Shown piece by piece: positions 21,001 to 21,138 of a stretch of DNA of 21,138 bases (its first letter is position 1; the number at the start of each line of letters is the position of its first letter). The notes beneath the pieces were generated by a model, which was not told the origin of the DNA, ran no database searches, and worked only from the letters and a program-made list of their open reading frames with translations. The stretch is from Histomonas meleagridis 2922-C6/04-290x (lineage: Eukaryota; Protista; Parabasalia), in NCBI GenBank assembly GCA_020184695.1, contig JAANOX010000086.1, positions 1 through 21,138 on the forward strand. Reading direction: 5' to 3'. The position numbers were made by a program, and so were the translations under genes.

Positions 21001-21138
21001 AATTTTAATGGTACTTTTTAACATACTTTTTTAACATTTTAATTTATGTGAAATGTTTTTTATTGGTGTTTGGATGTGTGTTATTGGACACACACACAGA
21101 GCGGGGCCTCCATTCCTTCGGAATTTCAGCCCGGTTAT

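Larger units (their letters stand above)
19000..21138. mobile_element. Maverick/Polinton or Polinton-like virus segment (partial)
   Basis: Packaging ATPase plus probable minor capsid gene. The left limit is the switch to BspA-tail sequence at about 19000. No integrase, protein-primed polymerase, major capsid or matched TIR pair is visible in the window. Confidence 0.8.

Noticed and set aside
1-21138. rRNA, tRNA or other structured RNA genes
   Set aside because: No cloverleaf or rRNA-like GC-rich conserved stretch recognised by eye; a covariance-model search would be needed to exclude small ncRNAs.

Overview
Very AT-rich eukaryotic DNA, inferred to be from a parabasalid (Trichomonas/Tritrichomonas/Histomonas-like) because of BspA-type LRR genes, a DUF3447-type ankyrin gene, TCA(Y) initiator-like motifs and Maverick/Polinton-type genes. 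The species cannot be fixed from sequence alone. Most of the window is broken host genes: a HEAT-repeat protein, a class I cyclic-nucleotide phosphodiesterase fragment, a HID1/dymeclin-family gene, an ankyrin gene and four BspA-like surface-protein copies or remnants. These are interleaved with a decayed pogo-like DD35D transposon, three TA-rich heptamer-based satellites and a duplicated 65-bp non-coding core. The right end (about 19000-21138) carries two intact Maverick/Polinton-like morphogenesis genes (A32-type packaging ATPase, probable minor capsid) abutting a BspA tail remnant. The most unusual features are a perfect 45-bp-arm hairpin (11662-11754) beside an amphipathic peptide remnant, and two convergent BspA paralogues whose non-coding 3' flanks are 113/114 identical although their LRR domains are only about half identical. 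All alignments and translations outside the ORF track were done by hand; no database search was possible.
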